Source of the DNA: Desulfatiglandales bacterium
GTDB lineage: Bacteria; Desulfobacterota; DSM-4660; Desulfatiglandales; Desulfatiglandaceae
Direction: 5' to 3'
Length of the DNA stretch: 64,000 nt
Assembly: GCA_963662465.1 (NCBI GenBank)
Contig: OY759599.1
Span: 3,872,001-3,936,000 of the forward strand
Made by a program: the position numbers and the translations under genes. Shown piece by piece: positions 17,439 to 26,317 of this stretch (the stretch's first letter is position 1; each line of letters begins with the position of its first letter). The notes beneath the pieces were generated by a model, which was not told the DNA's origin, ran no database searches, and saw only the letters and a list, made by a program, of their open reading frames with translations.

Positions 17439-20339
17439 TTATCTTATGGTTTTGAGGCATGATATGAGTGCCCATTTTTCAAGGACCCCCATGACAATTT
17501 CCCTTTTTATCGGTTTTGCAATATAATCATCCATTCCGCCCTCAAGACACTTTTCCCTGTCTCCTTTCATGGCATGAGCGGTCATTGCGATGATGGGTAC
17601 CCTGTGAATGAATGATGGTTTTCCCTGCTTTGCAGTCGCTTCCCCCATTATGGGTTCATTGAGATTTCGGTTTTGGATTTCAAATTGTCGAATCACTTCA
17701 GTGGCTTCAAAGCCATCCATTTCCGGCATCTGAATGTCCATCAAAACAAGATCGTAATCCTTTGGATTTGCGCAATATATTTCAACGGCTTCCTTTCCAT
17801 TGTTGGCGATATGAATATGATATCCGGCTTTTTTAAGCATCATTTTTGCCAGCTTCTGGTTCACAGGATTATCTTCAACGATCAAAATACGAACGGCATT
17901 TTCCGTCTTACCGGGATGGGGATGTTCCTCGGATTGTTCTTGGCCGGCTGGTTTTTGCGCTTTCAGTTTGCGATGATTCCTTTTTTCAGCCATGTTTTCA
18001 ATGGATTGAAAAACATTGCGTTTACGAATGGGTTTTCTCAGAAAATCGTCGAAACCAGCCTTTTCAAATTCCTGAGGGTTGTTGGCCATTATGGATGACA
18101 TGGCAAGGAGAGGGGTATTGCTGATGGCAATTTGCCTTTCTTTTATCGGTGAGCGGTACATTCGAATTTTTGCGGCAAGTTCAAATCCGTTAATTTGTGG
18201 CGCTGAAATGTCGATAATACAGATGCAAAAAGGCTTTTCGTCACTCAGGCCCTTTTCCAGTGCCGGCAAAACGGCCTCACTCTTATCCAGCGAAACGACT
18301 ACCATGCCAACGGATTGCAGCATATGGGTTAAAATACGAAGACTGTTAGAGTTCCCATCAGCAATCAATGCTTTCTTGCCGGAGAGCGCCATGGAGACGG
18401 ATTTAGGGGGTATTTCTTTTTGTGCTTTTTTAAGCCAGGCGGTGAAATGAAACGTGCTTCCCGTTCCACCGACGGTTGGGCTTGAAGGGGGCTTTCCGGC
18501 GTCTTCTATTTTTTCGGTTCCATTCACATCCGCCCATACGTCGCCATCCATGAGATTGGATATCTTTTTACAGATGGATAGCCCTAAACCGGTACCGCCG
18601 TACTTTCGGGTGGTTGAGCCGTCCGCCTGCTGGAAGGGCTCAAAAATCTTGAGCAGATTTTTATCCCTGATGCCGATGCCGGTATCCCTTATGGTGGCAT
18701 GGAGTTTTACCCGGGTTCCTTCTTCCTTTTCCAGTGCCAGGGATAATTCGATTTCACCCGCTTCAGTGAATTTAGGAGCGTTGTCCATGAGGTTGGTCAA
18801 AACCTGCCTGAATCGTACGGGGTCTCCTCTCACCAGGGTTGGAACATCCTCTTCCATGTGACAGAGCAGCTCTATGGGTTTTGTACCGATTTTGGGACGG
18901 ATAATATCACAAATGTTGAAGATCAGCGATTCCGGATCAAAATCCGTTTCCTCGAAAGTCATTTCGCCCGCTTCGATCTTTGAGAAATCCAGGATGTCGT
19001 TGATCAATGAAAGCAATGCGTCGCTGCTGTTTTTAATCATATTGGCGTAATCAATCTGAGTATGGTTGAGCCGGGTTTCCAACAGCATGTCGCTGAAACC
19101 GATAACGGCGTTCATGGGAGTCCTGATTTCATGGCTCATATTGGCCAGAAATTCACTCTTGGAGATACTGGCCAGCTCCGCTTCTCTGCGGGCATCGATA
19201 AGCTGTTTTTGGGTACCTTCCAGCTTGTCCATCATCAGATTGAAATCGACCCCCATATATTCAACTTCATCAAGATTTTTACCAGCGGCTTTAGCAGGCG
19301 GCATTTTGAGCCTGATGCTCAGGTCTCCTTCTCCTTCGGTTACTTTCCGGAGGGCAGCAATTAACTCTCTTATTTTATTGAATACCCTTAGCTTAAGAAG
19401 GGCAAAGAGGGCAAAAGAGATAACGATGGAGATGAAAAAAGGCGTCAGGTTATTAAAAAGAATCCATTTTCGTTGCGCTAAAAATGGCTTTTTGTTAATG
19501 GCCGCCGCCAGGGCGCCAATGGTCTGCCCCGTGAAGTCGGCGATTCTCTTTTGGAAAACAAAGTAGGGTTGACCCTTAACGGTAAGGCCATCCGAATCCG
19601 GATAGGGGATTTGAGAATCGGCAAAACTGGTCAATACGGTTCTTTTATTCTGATCATAGTACACGACTTCCGCTTCAGCAATGTGGGCCATTCGCTGAGC
19701 CAGGGTTTTATTTCCGTTGATCAGCTTTATCAGCACCACATAGCCGTAAATTGCACCCGTATCATGCAGTAGCGGGATCACGGATTTGAAGCACAGGACC
19801 TCCGATGTTTGGACGTATGTGGCCAATTCCGGCAGGTGGCCTTCCACGATTTGTGCCGGTATGGTCTCTATGCTGACCCTTTTGCGCTGATCGTTGAGGA
19901 GCCTTCCGTAGACCGGCAAATCCTGCCCGCCTTTTGGATAGGACGCCAGCAGGTCTCCGTATTCGTCAAATACAAAGGCCAGATCAATATTGTGAATGGC
20001 GGCAAGAGACTTGAGCATAAACCTTATGGCGGTATGGTTGTCATAATCTATAAAATCACAATACCGTTGACTCTGTTCTTTGACAATTCCCGAGATAACA
20101 TTCAGTTTTTCCAGGGCGTTATTTTGCAGGGCCGAGACAAAATTCAGCTTTGTTTTAAGATCTTCATAATTGTGATGTTTGGCGTATTTGTCTCCCTGGT
20201 AAGTAACATATAAGGTGTTTCCGATGATGGCGGCAATGAGCAAACCGAACAGAAGAAAAATATTTCGAATAACCCTTTTCCTGGGGCGGTTTGAGGGAGG
20301 GGACGCGGCGTTTTGGTTTGTTTGATGCATGAAAATCAA
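17439..20339 (-). CDS. Hybrid sensor histidine kinase (periplasmic Cache-like sensor, HAMP, HisKA, HATPase, two REC)
   Basis: Two TM helices; FLANMSHEIRTPMNA, DTGIGI, YGGTGLGL, LMDIQMPEMDG, MDDYIAKP. Confidence 0.93.
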   Translation of the reverse strand: MIFMHQTNQNAASPPSNRPRKRVIRNIFLLFGLLIAAIIGNTLYVTYQGDKYAKHHNYEDLKTKLNFVSALQNNALEKLNVISGIVKEQSQRYCDFIDYDNHTAIRFMLKSLAAIHNIDLAFVFDEYGDLLASYPKGGQDLPVYGRLLNDQRKRVSIETIPAQIVEGHLPELATYVQTSEVLCFKSVIPLLHDTGAIYGYVVLIKLINGNKTLAQRMAHIAEAEVVYYDQNKRTVLTSFADSQIPYPDSDGLTVKGQPYFVFQKRIADFTGQTIGALAAAINKKPFLAQRKWILFNNLTPFFISIVISFALFALLKLRVFNKIRELIAALRKVTEGEGDLSIRLKMPPAKAAGKNLDEVEYMGVDFNLMMDKLEGTQKQLIDARREAELASISKSEFLANMSHEIRTPMNAVIGFSDMLLETRLNHTQIDYANMIKNSSDALLSLINDILDFSKIEAGEMTFEETDFDPESLIFNICDIIRPKIGTKPIELLCHMEEDVPTLVRGDPVRFRQVLTNLMDNAPKFTEAGEIELSLALEKEEGTRVKLHATIRDTGIGIRDKNLLKIFEPFQQADGSTTRKYGGTGLGLSICKKISNLMDGDVWADVNGTEKIEDAGKPPSSPTVGGTGSTFHFTAWLKKAQKEIPPKSVSMALSGKKALIADGNSNSLRILTHMLQSVGMVVVSLDKSEAVLPALEKGLSDEKPFCICIIDISAPQINGFELAAKIRMYRSPIKERQIAISNTPLLAMSSIMANNPQEFEKAGFDDFLRKPIRKRNVFQSIENMAEKRNHRKLKAQKPAGQEQSEEHPHPGKTENAVRILIVEDNPVNQKLAKMMLKKAGYHIHIANNGKEAVEIYCANPKDYDLVLMDIQMPEMDGFEATEVIRQFEIQNRNLNEPIMGEATAKQGKPSFIHRVPIIAMTAHAMKGDREKCLEGGMDDYIAKPIKREIVMGVLEKWALISCLKTIR

Positions 20340-20364
20340 TTATGCCTCAATCAAAAAGGAGTTT

Positions 20365-21162
20365 TCAGTGATGGGCTTTTTCATCACGGGACGCTAACGG
20401 CATGATCTTTGTAATGGGCTTTCGCTCTTCAACGGGTAATTTCTCGCTTTCCCAACGTTCGATGCCGCCTTTCAAAACGCCCAATATGGCGTATCCCTTG
20501 GCAATGAGGAATTTCGCGGCCACGGGGGATTGTTTCATGGCCCAATCCGTAACCACAATCGGTCGGTCTCTGGGAATTTCCGGGTATCGCGTCGCCAAAA
20601 AAACCAGGGGACATAAAACGCTTCCCTTGATGAAAGAGGTATTTCGGGTGAAATTTAGAGGTCGGACATCAAGGATATATAAAATTTCAGCGTTCATGCG
20701 TTTTGCAAGGTCTTCAGGGGAAATTTTTTTGACCTTTATCTTTTGCCAGTCGTGGTTGATAAACATCGGATAATTAAACTTGCGCCATTCCGGTATGCCT
20801 CCCACAAAGGCATATGTTTTGGTGTATCCTTTTTCGGTCGCAATCCTTGCAGCCCGAACTGAGTAGGGTCACCTTCTCCCCATACAATAGAAAACCAGTG
20901 GTGTATTTTTATCCCGGGGCAGCGCGTTTGTGGTTTTCATATCAATGATCGGGATGTTGATGGAGCCGGGGATATGCTGCATTTCATATTCGGTTCCGGA
21001 TAATACGTGAATAACCACCGCCTGGCCGGCTTCAAGCATGTTTTTGACTTCAGGAGCGGAGATTTCCTTGATGGTTCCCGACTCCGCTTTCGCGGAAATC
21101 GCCATGGCGTTCAAAAAAAATACGACCAGCAGTAACAGGGTTCTTTGAACCGGTTTTTTCAT
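20365..21162 (-). CDS. Exported tandem-rhodanese selenoprotein (265 aa, Sec at codon 98, C93-x4-U98)
   Basis: ORFs 20869-21162 and 20365-20805 are in one frame, separated only by TGA 20871-20869. Read-through gives HIPGSINIP...LVFYCMGRR-U-PYSVRAARIATEKGYTKTYAFVGGIPEW. Signal peptide present; SECIS-like hairpin follows the TGA. Confidence 0.8.
20835..20856 (-). promoter_or_regulatory. Putative bacterial SECIS element
   Basis: Begins 12 nt after UGA: CGG-GC-UGCAA-GGA-UUGCG-A-CCG, a stem-loop with a G-rich apical loop. Confidence 0.6.
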
Positions 21163-21222
21163 GGTCCATGCCTCTATTGTTTTTAAATAAATCGCCCTAT
21201 TTTCTCAAATTCCTGGGAAAGT

Positions 21223-21238
21223 TGCAACGTTAATACCT
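21223..21238 (-). promoter_or_regulatory. Putative sigma-54 promoter of the rhodanese-kinase-Hpt operon
   Basis: Minus strand AGGTATTAACGTTGCA (GG-N10-GC), about 60 nt upstream of the ATG. Confidence 0.4.
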
Positions 21239-22393
21239 TTCCAGGCAGTTTCGGCAAACTGCCATGGTTGCAATGGAGATGCAATTGAGGGAAAATTCAA
21301 TCATGTTTTTGAGTGTATTGCTGAGTTGATCATATTCGCTTTGCAGCGCTTCCGGGTCCAGGGGGGTGGATTTCAGTTCGGTTGAAAAGAGAACGGATGC
21401 GGAAAAAGGCTCATGTCCCATCTCAAGAAAGGGAAGCGGACCGAAAAAATCATCCGGGCCCAAGTTGATGAGGGGAAAAGGACGATTTTTTATATCTTGA
21501 ACAATGGTGGCATTCCCTTTTGAGATCAGGAAAGGGGTTTCAATCCTTTTTCCTGTTGTGGCTTGTTTTGTCGGACTGGAAAAAGTGTTTTTACCCACAT
21601 TAATTCCGGAGTGAATTTCCGAGAGCCTTTCGGTTATTTCCCTGAAGCGATGGTCGAGACTTAACAGAACGCTCCTGAACTCATCGGAAAGGCTGGAATA
21701 TTCCGCATAAAGGGGCTCAAGATCGAGAACCCCCAGACGTATGGTTTCGGTTGCTGTGAATGTGGCGATTCGACGGCGGCCCATAGCCATCATGGATGAG
21801 ATATTGCCGATAAAAGCGCCTTGCCCCACCCTTAAAATCTTTGTGGGTCCGGCAATGGTCTTTTTTGACATTTCCGCCATCCCATGAAGGACCATCCAGA
21901 TCCAATTACCGAATTCTCCTTCTTCAATGATGCTTGTTCCCTCGGGGAACTCTTCTTCCTCCACCATAAAGGCATAATGGGTGATGGGTTTCTTGAGTAA
22001 CGGAAGTCTCGATAGAGGGTCCATCCGGCCCGGGCGGTTTTTTGCCTCAGATCCCGGTCCCAGCCTTTTGATGATGCCTTCATCCAGCATGCGGAGACCG
22101 TCAAGGACGATCTCCATTTGTCCCCTGCGGATGGTTTTTTGACTGTCAACCTTTTCCTGGCTGAATTCAAATCGGCCCGTTGTCCAACCAAACAAAGCAT
22201 AGAGGGCTTCGATACCTTTCAGCAAACCATAAACCGCATGTATGGGATTGCCCATCAAGAAAACGACGGAAGCCGGCATCTGAGCGTGAGGGTTTGTCAA
22301 TCTCAGGACTCCCGTACTGTTATTTGTTGCAATCAACTGCAGCAAATCCGGGATGCCAAGGAAGCGAAGGTTACCCGAAAAAACCACATTCAT
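21230..22393 (-). CDS. DUF4388 plus cyclic-nucleotide-binding domain protein
   Basis: FSGNLRFLGIPDLLQLI...TGVL...LFGWTTGRFEF (DUF4388); EEFPEGTSIIEEGEFGNWIWMVLHG, GPDDFFG (cNMP-like). Confidence 0.8.
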   Translation of the reverse strand: MNVVFSGNLRFLGIPDLLQLIATNNSTGVLRLTNPHAQMPASVVFLMGNPIHAVYGLLKGIEALYALFGWTTGRFEFSQEKVDSQKTIRRGQMEIVLDGLRMLDEGIIKRLGPGSEAKNRPGRMDPLSRLPLLKKPITHYAFMVEEEEFPEGTSIIEEGEFGNWIWMVLHGMAEMSKKTIAGPTKILRVGQGAFIGNISSMMAMGRRRIATFTATETIRLGVLDLEPLYAEYSSLSDEFRSVLLSLDHRFREITERLSEIHSGINVGKNTFSSPTKQATTGKRIETPFLISKGNATIVQDIKNRPFPLINLGPDDFFGPLPFLEMGHEPFSASVLFSTELKSTPLDPEALQSEYDQLSNTLKNMIEFSLNCISIATMAVCRNCLERY

Positions 22394-22481
22394 ATTTATC
22401 TCCGATCCTTACCTTCCACACTTCAAATAAAAATATTTTAACATAATATTTTCGTTAATTCTACCGCTTGGAAGAAACTCC

Positions 22482-22585
22482 CAGGGCAAATTTGTTCTAT
22501 TTGTAAACCTTTGATATCAAAACCTTATGAAGGACACATCAATTCAAACAAATCAATGGATTAGCGTTAGAACAAATTCACCGTG
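22482..22585. mobile_element. 104-bp MITE, IS4-like ends
   Basis: TIRs CAGGGCAAATTTGTTCTA and revcomp CACGGTGAATTTGTTCTA (15/18). Perfect 10-bp TSD AAGAAACTCC at 22472-22481 and 22586-22595. Confidence 0.8.
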
Positions 22586-22615
22586 AAGAAACTCCAGTTT
22601 GAAGGAGTTGAAACA

Positions 22616-22659
22616 ATAAAAAAACCCCAATTCAAAGGTCCAATCTTTGAATTGGGGTT
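22616..22659 (-). terminator. Rho-independent terminator after the PEP-CTERM genes
   Basis: 15-bp stem AACCCCAATTCAAAG/CTTTGAATTGGGGTT with a U-tract on the minus strand. Confidence 0.85.
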
Positions 22660-22675
22660 CAGGAGATGAATTTTG

Positions 22676-23500
22676 TCAATTTCCAGATTTCCTGATTTTT
22701 TTTCGAAAACCGAAAAATCCTAAAAGCCCTGAACCCAGTAAAAAGAGGGTCGCTGGTTCAGGGACTGCAGCGGATGTGTTGCCGCCGCCGGTTACGACAT
22801 CATTCCCACATTCCTCTGAAGACCAGAGATTAAAATTCGTATTAGACCCGAGAAAAGCGAGGTTTACAATTGCTGCATTGTGAGAACCTCCCGTCAAACC
22901 GCCTCCCATTTGACTGTCACTCTGATTACTGAGGTAGTTCAAAGCAATGTTGTCAAAACCTGTGACCACTGTCCCGCCGCCCGCATAGGTCCACGCCTGC
23001 CCCTGCGTCCCTCCTGCGGGGCCGTCATAGGTTGTATTAAATGTGATTGATCCACCGGTATTCTCATATGCTGTGTAGGTGCTATTGTTTTCCTCGTTAT
23101 CTTCGCCGGGGTTGGATATATCGAAGTTTAAATCCAACACATATTCATAGTAATCATTACTCATATCCGTATCTATGAATATGTCTCCCGGATCGACCCA
23201 AAGCTCTCCCTCAGCAAAATCAAATCCACCCACCATTGCCAGCGAGTTCATTACCACTCCGCTTTCCGTACCGTCGGCAAAAAAGAAGCCTTCCATATCC
23301 CAGATCTGGCCCGTGGCAGCGCCCGGTTCAACTTCTTGATCTTCGTTTTCTGTATTCCACCAGGTATTACCGCTTCTTTCGAACCCATCATAGGTGGTAA
23401 TGTTTTCCCAACCTGTGTCAAGATATCCTGCGTTGACGTTGGAGATCAAGAAAAACAATCCAAAAACGGCAGCTGTGATAATCAATATTTTCAGTTTCAT
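22676..23500 (-). CDS. PEP-CTERM sorting-signal surface protein
   Basis: Signal peptide; acidic Gly/Thr-rich body, CGND motif; C-terminal VPEPATLFLLGSGLLGFFGFRKK. Confidence 0.92.
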   Translation of the reverse strand: MKLKILIITAAVFGLFFLISNVNAGYLDTGWENITTYDGFERSGNTWWNTENEDQEVEPGAATGQIWDMEGFFFADGTESGVVMNSLAMVGGFDFAEGELWVDPGDIFIDTDMSNDYYEYVLDLNFDISNPGEDNEENNSTYTAYENTGGSITFNTTYDGPAGGTQGQAWTYAGGGTVVTGFDNIALNYLSNQSDSQMGGGLTGGSHNAAIVNLAFLGSNTNFNLWSSEECGNDVVTGGGNTSAAVPEPATLFLLGSGLLGFFGFRKKIRKSGN

Positions 23501-23598
23501 TTTGCTTGCCCCTTTCATTCTGACCATCCAGTAACCTATAAGATTGAGATGAAGATTAACAAAAATCTTCTAACCTTTTACAATAAAGCGATTTAAAA

Positions 23599-23614
23599 AG
23601 CAATATCCGCGCCG
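23599..23614 (-). promoter_or_regulatory. Putative sigma-54 promoter of PEP-CTERM gene 1
   Basis: Minus strand CGGCGCGGATATTGCT (GG-N10-GC). Confidence 0.6.
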
Positions 23615-23629
23615 AAAATTCCCTTTCCA

Positions 23630-24283
23630 CTATTCCTTCGGGTTCGGGATGGATTTCCGGAACTTTTTTCTATAACCGAACAGTCCTAGCAGACCGGAAC
23701 CCAGCAGAAAGATGGTCACCGGTTCGGGGACTTGCGCGCCGCCTCCGTAGGTGGGATAGATTTTTGCGCTCCCTCCACCTGTGAGTCCCTGAAATCGAAC
23801 TACTGCAAAGTCTTGGTCCTTTACGAAATCCTCACTGGTAAAGTTGGCGCTTGCGTTAGTGCTGATTCCAAAGGTAAATGTAGCAGTTTCTCCAGCGGCA
23901 ATACCTTTACTGACCGTACCGCCCCAGAGGTTTTTATCTGTTCCCGCACCGCCGTCAAATCCTTTTAGATTTTTTTCATCAGTGATTTCGTCAAAGTCGG
24001 TATCACCTGAACTCACATACTTAAATGAATCGACTTCCATCCATTCGCCTTCTCCCAACAGCGGGAAAAGAAAGCCTAGGGCGGTAATAGTCCCTATGCC
24101 ATCGGTGGTTGTATTCGTAAGAGATATAATTAAGTCGTTATTATCAAAATTTAAAGTTCCCGCGAAACTCGCAAGACTATCAGGATCGCTCCCTGAAATA
24201 TCAATGTAAGTTCCAAAACTGATTCCGCCAAGAGATATGCTCATGTAAAAAGCAAAAACCACCATTAGTCCTTTAAGTTTCAT
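23630..24283 (-). CDS. PEP-CTERM sorting-signal surface protein
   Basis: Signal peptide; C-terminal VPEPVTIFLLGSGLLGLFGYRKK. Confidence 0.92.
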   Translation of the reverse strand: MKLKGLMVVFAFYMSISLGGISFGTYIDISGSDPDSLASFAGTLNFDNNDLIISLTNTTTDGIGTITALGFLFPLLGEGEWMEVDSFKYVSSGDTDFDEITDEKNLKGFDGGAGTDKNLWGGTVSKGIAAGETATFTFGISTNASANFTSEDFVKDQDFAVVRFQGLTGGGSAKIYPTYGGGAQVPEPVTIFLLGSGLLGLFGYRKKFRKSIPNPKE

Positions 24284-24321
24284 TTTTTGTACCCCCGTTT
24301 TAACAGAATGATTTTAATTTA

Positions 24322-24337
24322 TGCAAAATTTATACCT
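24322..24337 (-). promoter_or_regulatory. Putative sigma-54 promoter of PEP-CTERM gene 2
   Basis: Minus strand AGGTATAAATTTTGCA. A TGT-N11-ACA candidate enhancer lies at 24509-24525. Confidence 0.55.
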
Positions 24338-24520
24338 AAAAAAGACAGAGGCCGGACCTCAGGCGTATTTAAAGTGTAACGTTCTGTATCTATGGAATAA
24401 ATTTTTAAAAAAAGCAGCTATGCCGGAAATGAGTTGAAATGACGAGAACAAAAAAAATGATTTCATTATGAAACGTTTTGGAAAAAAATGTTCTCAAAAA
24501 GAGACGGATGTCCTATTTTG

Positions 24521-25435
24521 TCACAAGTCCTTTTCTCTGAACCTTCGATACATCCTCAAAGGAAAAATCAGTCCAAAAAAGGGAACCATATACATGGCGG
24601 CCAGCGTAGGTTCCAGGGGACCAAAGAATTCCGAAGCAAAAACCAGTACCAGCACATTGTTAATGTTACCGATACTGATGACGGAAGCCAGTTGATTTTC
24701 AACCGGTGCTCTAGGAAATACCACCAGCCCCGCAACCAGGTATATGCCGCCAAGGGCAACGGCAGCCAGCGTTGCCTCAATGATGATGGCGGGGTGTTTG
24801 TGAAAGAAAACGCTGTATTTTGAAAAAACCGCCAGATTGATGGACGCGAAGACCGCCAGGGAGATGGGATAGCGGCGTTTCATGATGCCGTTTATCAGCT
24901 TTGGCGAAAGACGTTTCAGTGTTTCCACGACAATAACCGGCACAACAATGACCAGAAGCAGCATGCGCATCATGGTCAGCAGTGAAATGCTCATTTCCTG
25001 TTCAAGAAGAATCTTCACAAGGGTCGGCAGCGTAAAGGGAACCACAAAGGAGGAAATAACCACAATCACCAAAACCAGAGGCCCGTTGGCGCCCACCAGA
25101 CCGGAAATGAACGGCGCTACAACGCCGGTGGAAACACCGGTCAGCAGGAGGGCGCCAATGGCATAAGCGGGGGCGAATTGTAGAAAAAGAAAATATACCA
25201 ATACTGGAAGCAGAATCATCTTGAAACAGGTCAGCCACAGAACCGTGGGGCCGTTGTCCCGAATGAGATGCCAGATGGAACCGAATTCAATGGGCAGAAA
25301 GCTTAAAAAGAGGAGGAACATCATCAAGTACAAGGGGTACGGTTGAAATATTGCCATGGGTTCCGGAAACAGGATGCCCACCAGCATGGAAGAGAAGATA
25401 ACCAACAGCAGTATAAGATCGTTCAGTCGGAACAT
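24521..25435 (-). CDS. Bile acid:sodium symporter (BASS) family transporter
   Basis: About 10 TM helices; LMMFLLFLSFL, STGVVAPFISGLVGAN, PFTLP. Confidence 0.7.
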   Translation of the reverse strand: MFRLNDLILLLVIFSSMLVGILFPEPMAIFQPYPLYLMMFLLFLSFLPIEFGSIWHLIRDNGPTVLWLTCFKMILLPVLVYFLFLQFAPAYAIGALLLTGVSTGVVAPFISGLVGANGPLVLVIVVISSFVVPFTLPTLVKILLEQEMSISLLTMMRMLLLVIVVPVIVVETLKRLSPKLINGIMKRRYPISLAVFASINLAVFSKYSVFFHKHPAIIIEATLAAVALGGIYLVAGLVVFPRAPVENQLASVISIGNINNVLVLVFASEFFGPLEPTLAAMYMVPFFGLIFPLRMYRRFREKDL

Positions 25436-25466
25436 GGATTACCTTGAGGCGATTAAAAAAGACCCG

Positions 25467-26309
25467 CTATTCGCGTTCCACTAAAATAATGGCCTTCCCG
25501 GATAGACCCGCCAGAACAGGGTTTGTTGAATGAGATTGATTCGAGAGTCGAGGGAGCGTTGTTCGAATGATCCTTAGCCCCGGTACGCTTGTCTCGGCTG
25601 CCGCTGAAAGATTCGGATCACCGGAGGGTTGAATATCCTTGCCGTCAAAAAAATCCGCGGCATGATTCATGATTTGCCGGTCCAGAGTGAGCAATGTTGC
25701 CTTCTTCCCAACTTGGCTCCCAAAAAGGCCGAACCACGCTTCAAATATCAGGTTGAGATGATGATCCGTGATGTAAGGATAGGCGGTGGAAAGAGGAAGG
25801 TCTTCAAAAATATCGGGAACCGGGTCTCCGCCTTCCATTGCCTCTGCCAGAGGGGATTTGGTTTTTGTTATCCGGTGCAGCATGGCCTCGGCGGATTTAC
25901 GATCCTCTTCCAGACTTCCGGCAAGGTGAAGCATCAGATGCCATTTCAGGGTGTTTTTCCGAGCGGAATCGACCGCATCTTTTTGGGCATCGCGGATGGC
26001 TTTTCTGATGGCCCATGTTTCATCCCCTGTTTCGCCCCCTGAAAAAGCGACCGGATGGGCTTCGCCACGGTTTTCCATCATCCACCCTTGATACTCGGAA
26101 AGCAGCACCTTGAAATCCCCCGGAGGTTTCAGGGTTTCAGGGGGAAAACAGACATTTAACGCTCCCTGCTCAAAGGGGCTTGACAGGACCGGCGGTTCCG
26201 TGAACCAGGGTTTAAAGAGGGTCAGGGAACCGAATGTTTCAATCAGGCGTTTAAGAATCCCTTCCTCAATATTAGAGTGGGGAAACAGGACTATGGGTGT
26301 ATCGGTCAA
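25467..26309 (-). CDS. Hypothetical protein
   Basis: 280-aa ORF co-oriented and closely spaced within an operon; no recognised motif. Confidence 0.6.
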   Translation of the reverse strand: MTDTPIVLFPHSNIEEGILKRLIETFGSLTLFKPWFTEPPVLSSPFEQGALNVCFPPETLKPPGDFKVLLSEYQGWMMENRGEAHPVAFSGGETGDETWAIRKAIRDAQKDAVDSARKNTLKWHLMLHLAGSLEEDRKSAEAMLHRITKTKSPLAEAMEGGDPVPDIFEDLPLSTAYPYITDHHLNLIFEAWFGLFGSQVGKKATLLTLDRQIMNHAADFFDGKDIQPSGDPNLSAAAETSVPGLRIIRTTLPRLSNQSHSTNPVLAGLSGKAIILVERE

Positions 26310-26317
26310 TGGATTTG

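Noticed and set aside
21198..21222. Another IS66-like end (TATTTTCTCAAATTCCTGGG)
   Set aside because: Weak similarity, no partner TIR or TSD.
22436..22463. dif-like site (TTATGTTAAAA arm on the minus strand); also TTTTCGCATAA at 33661
   Set aside because: Each has only one Xer arm; the partner arm does not match.
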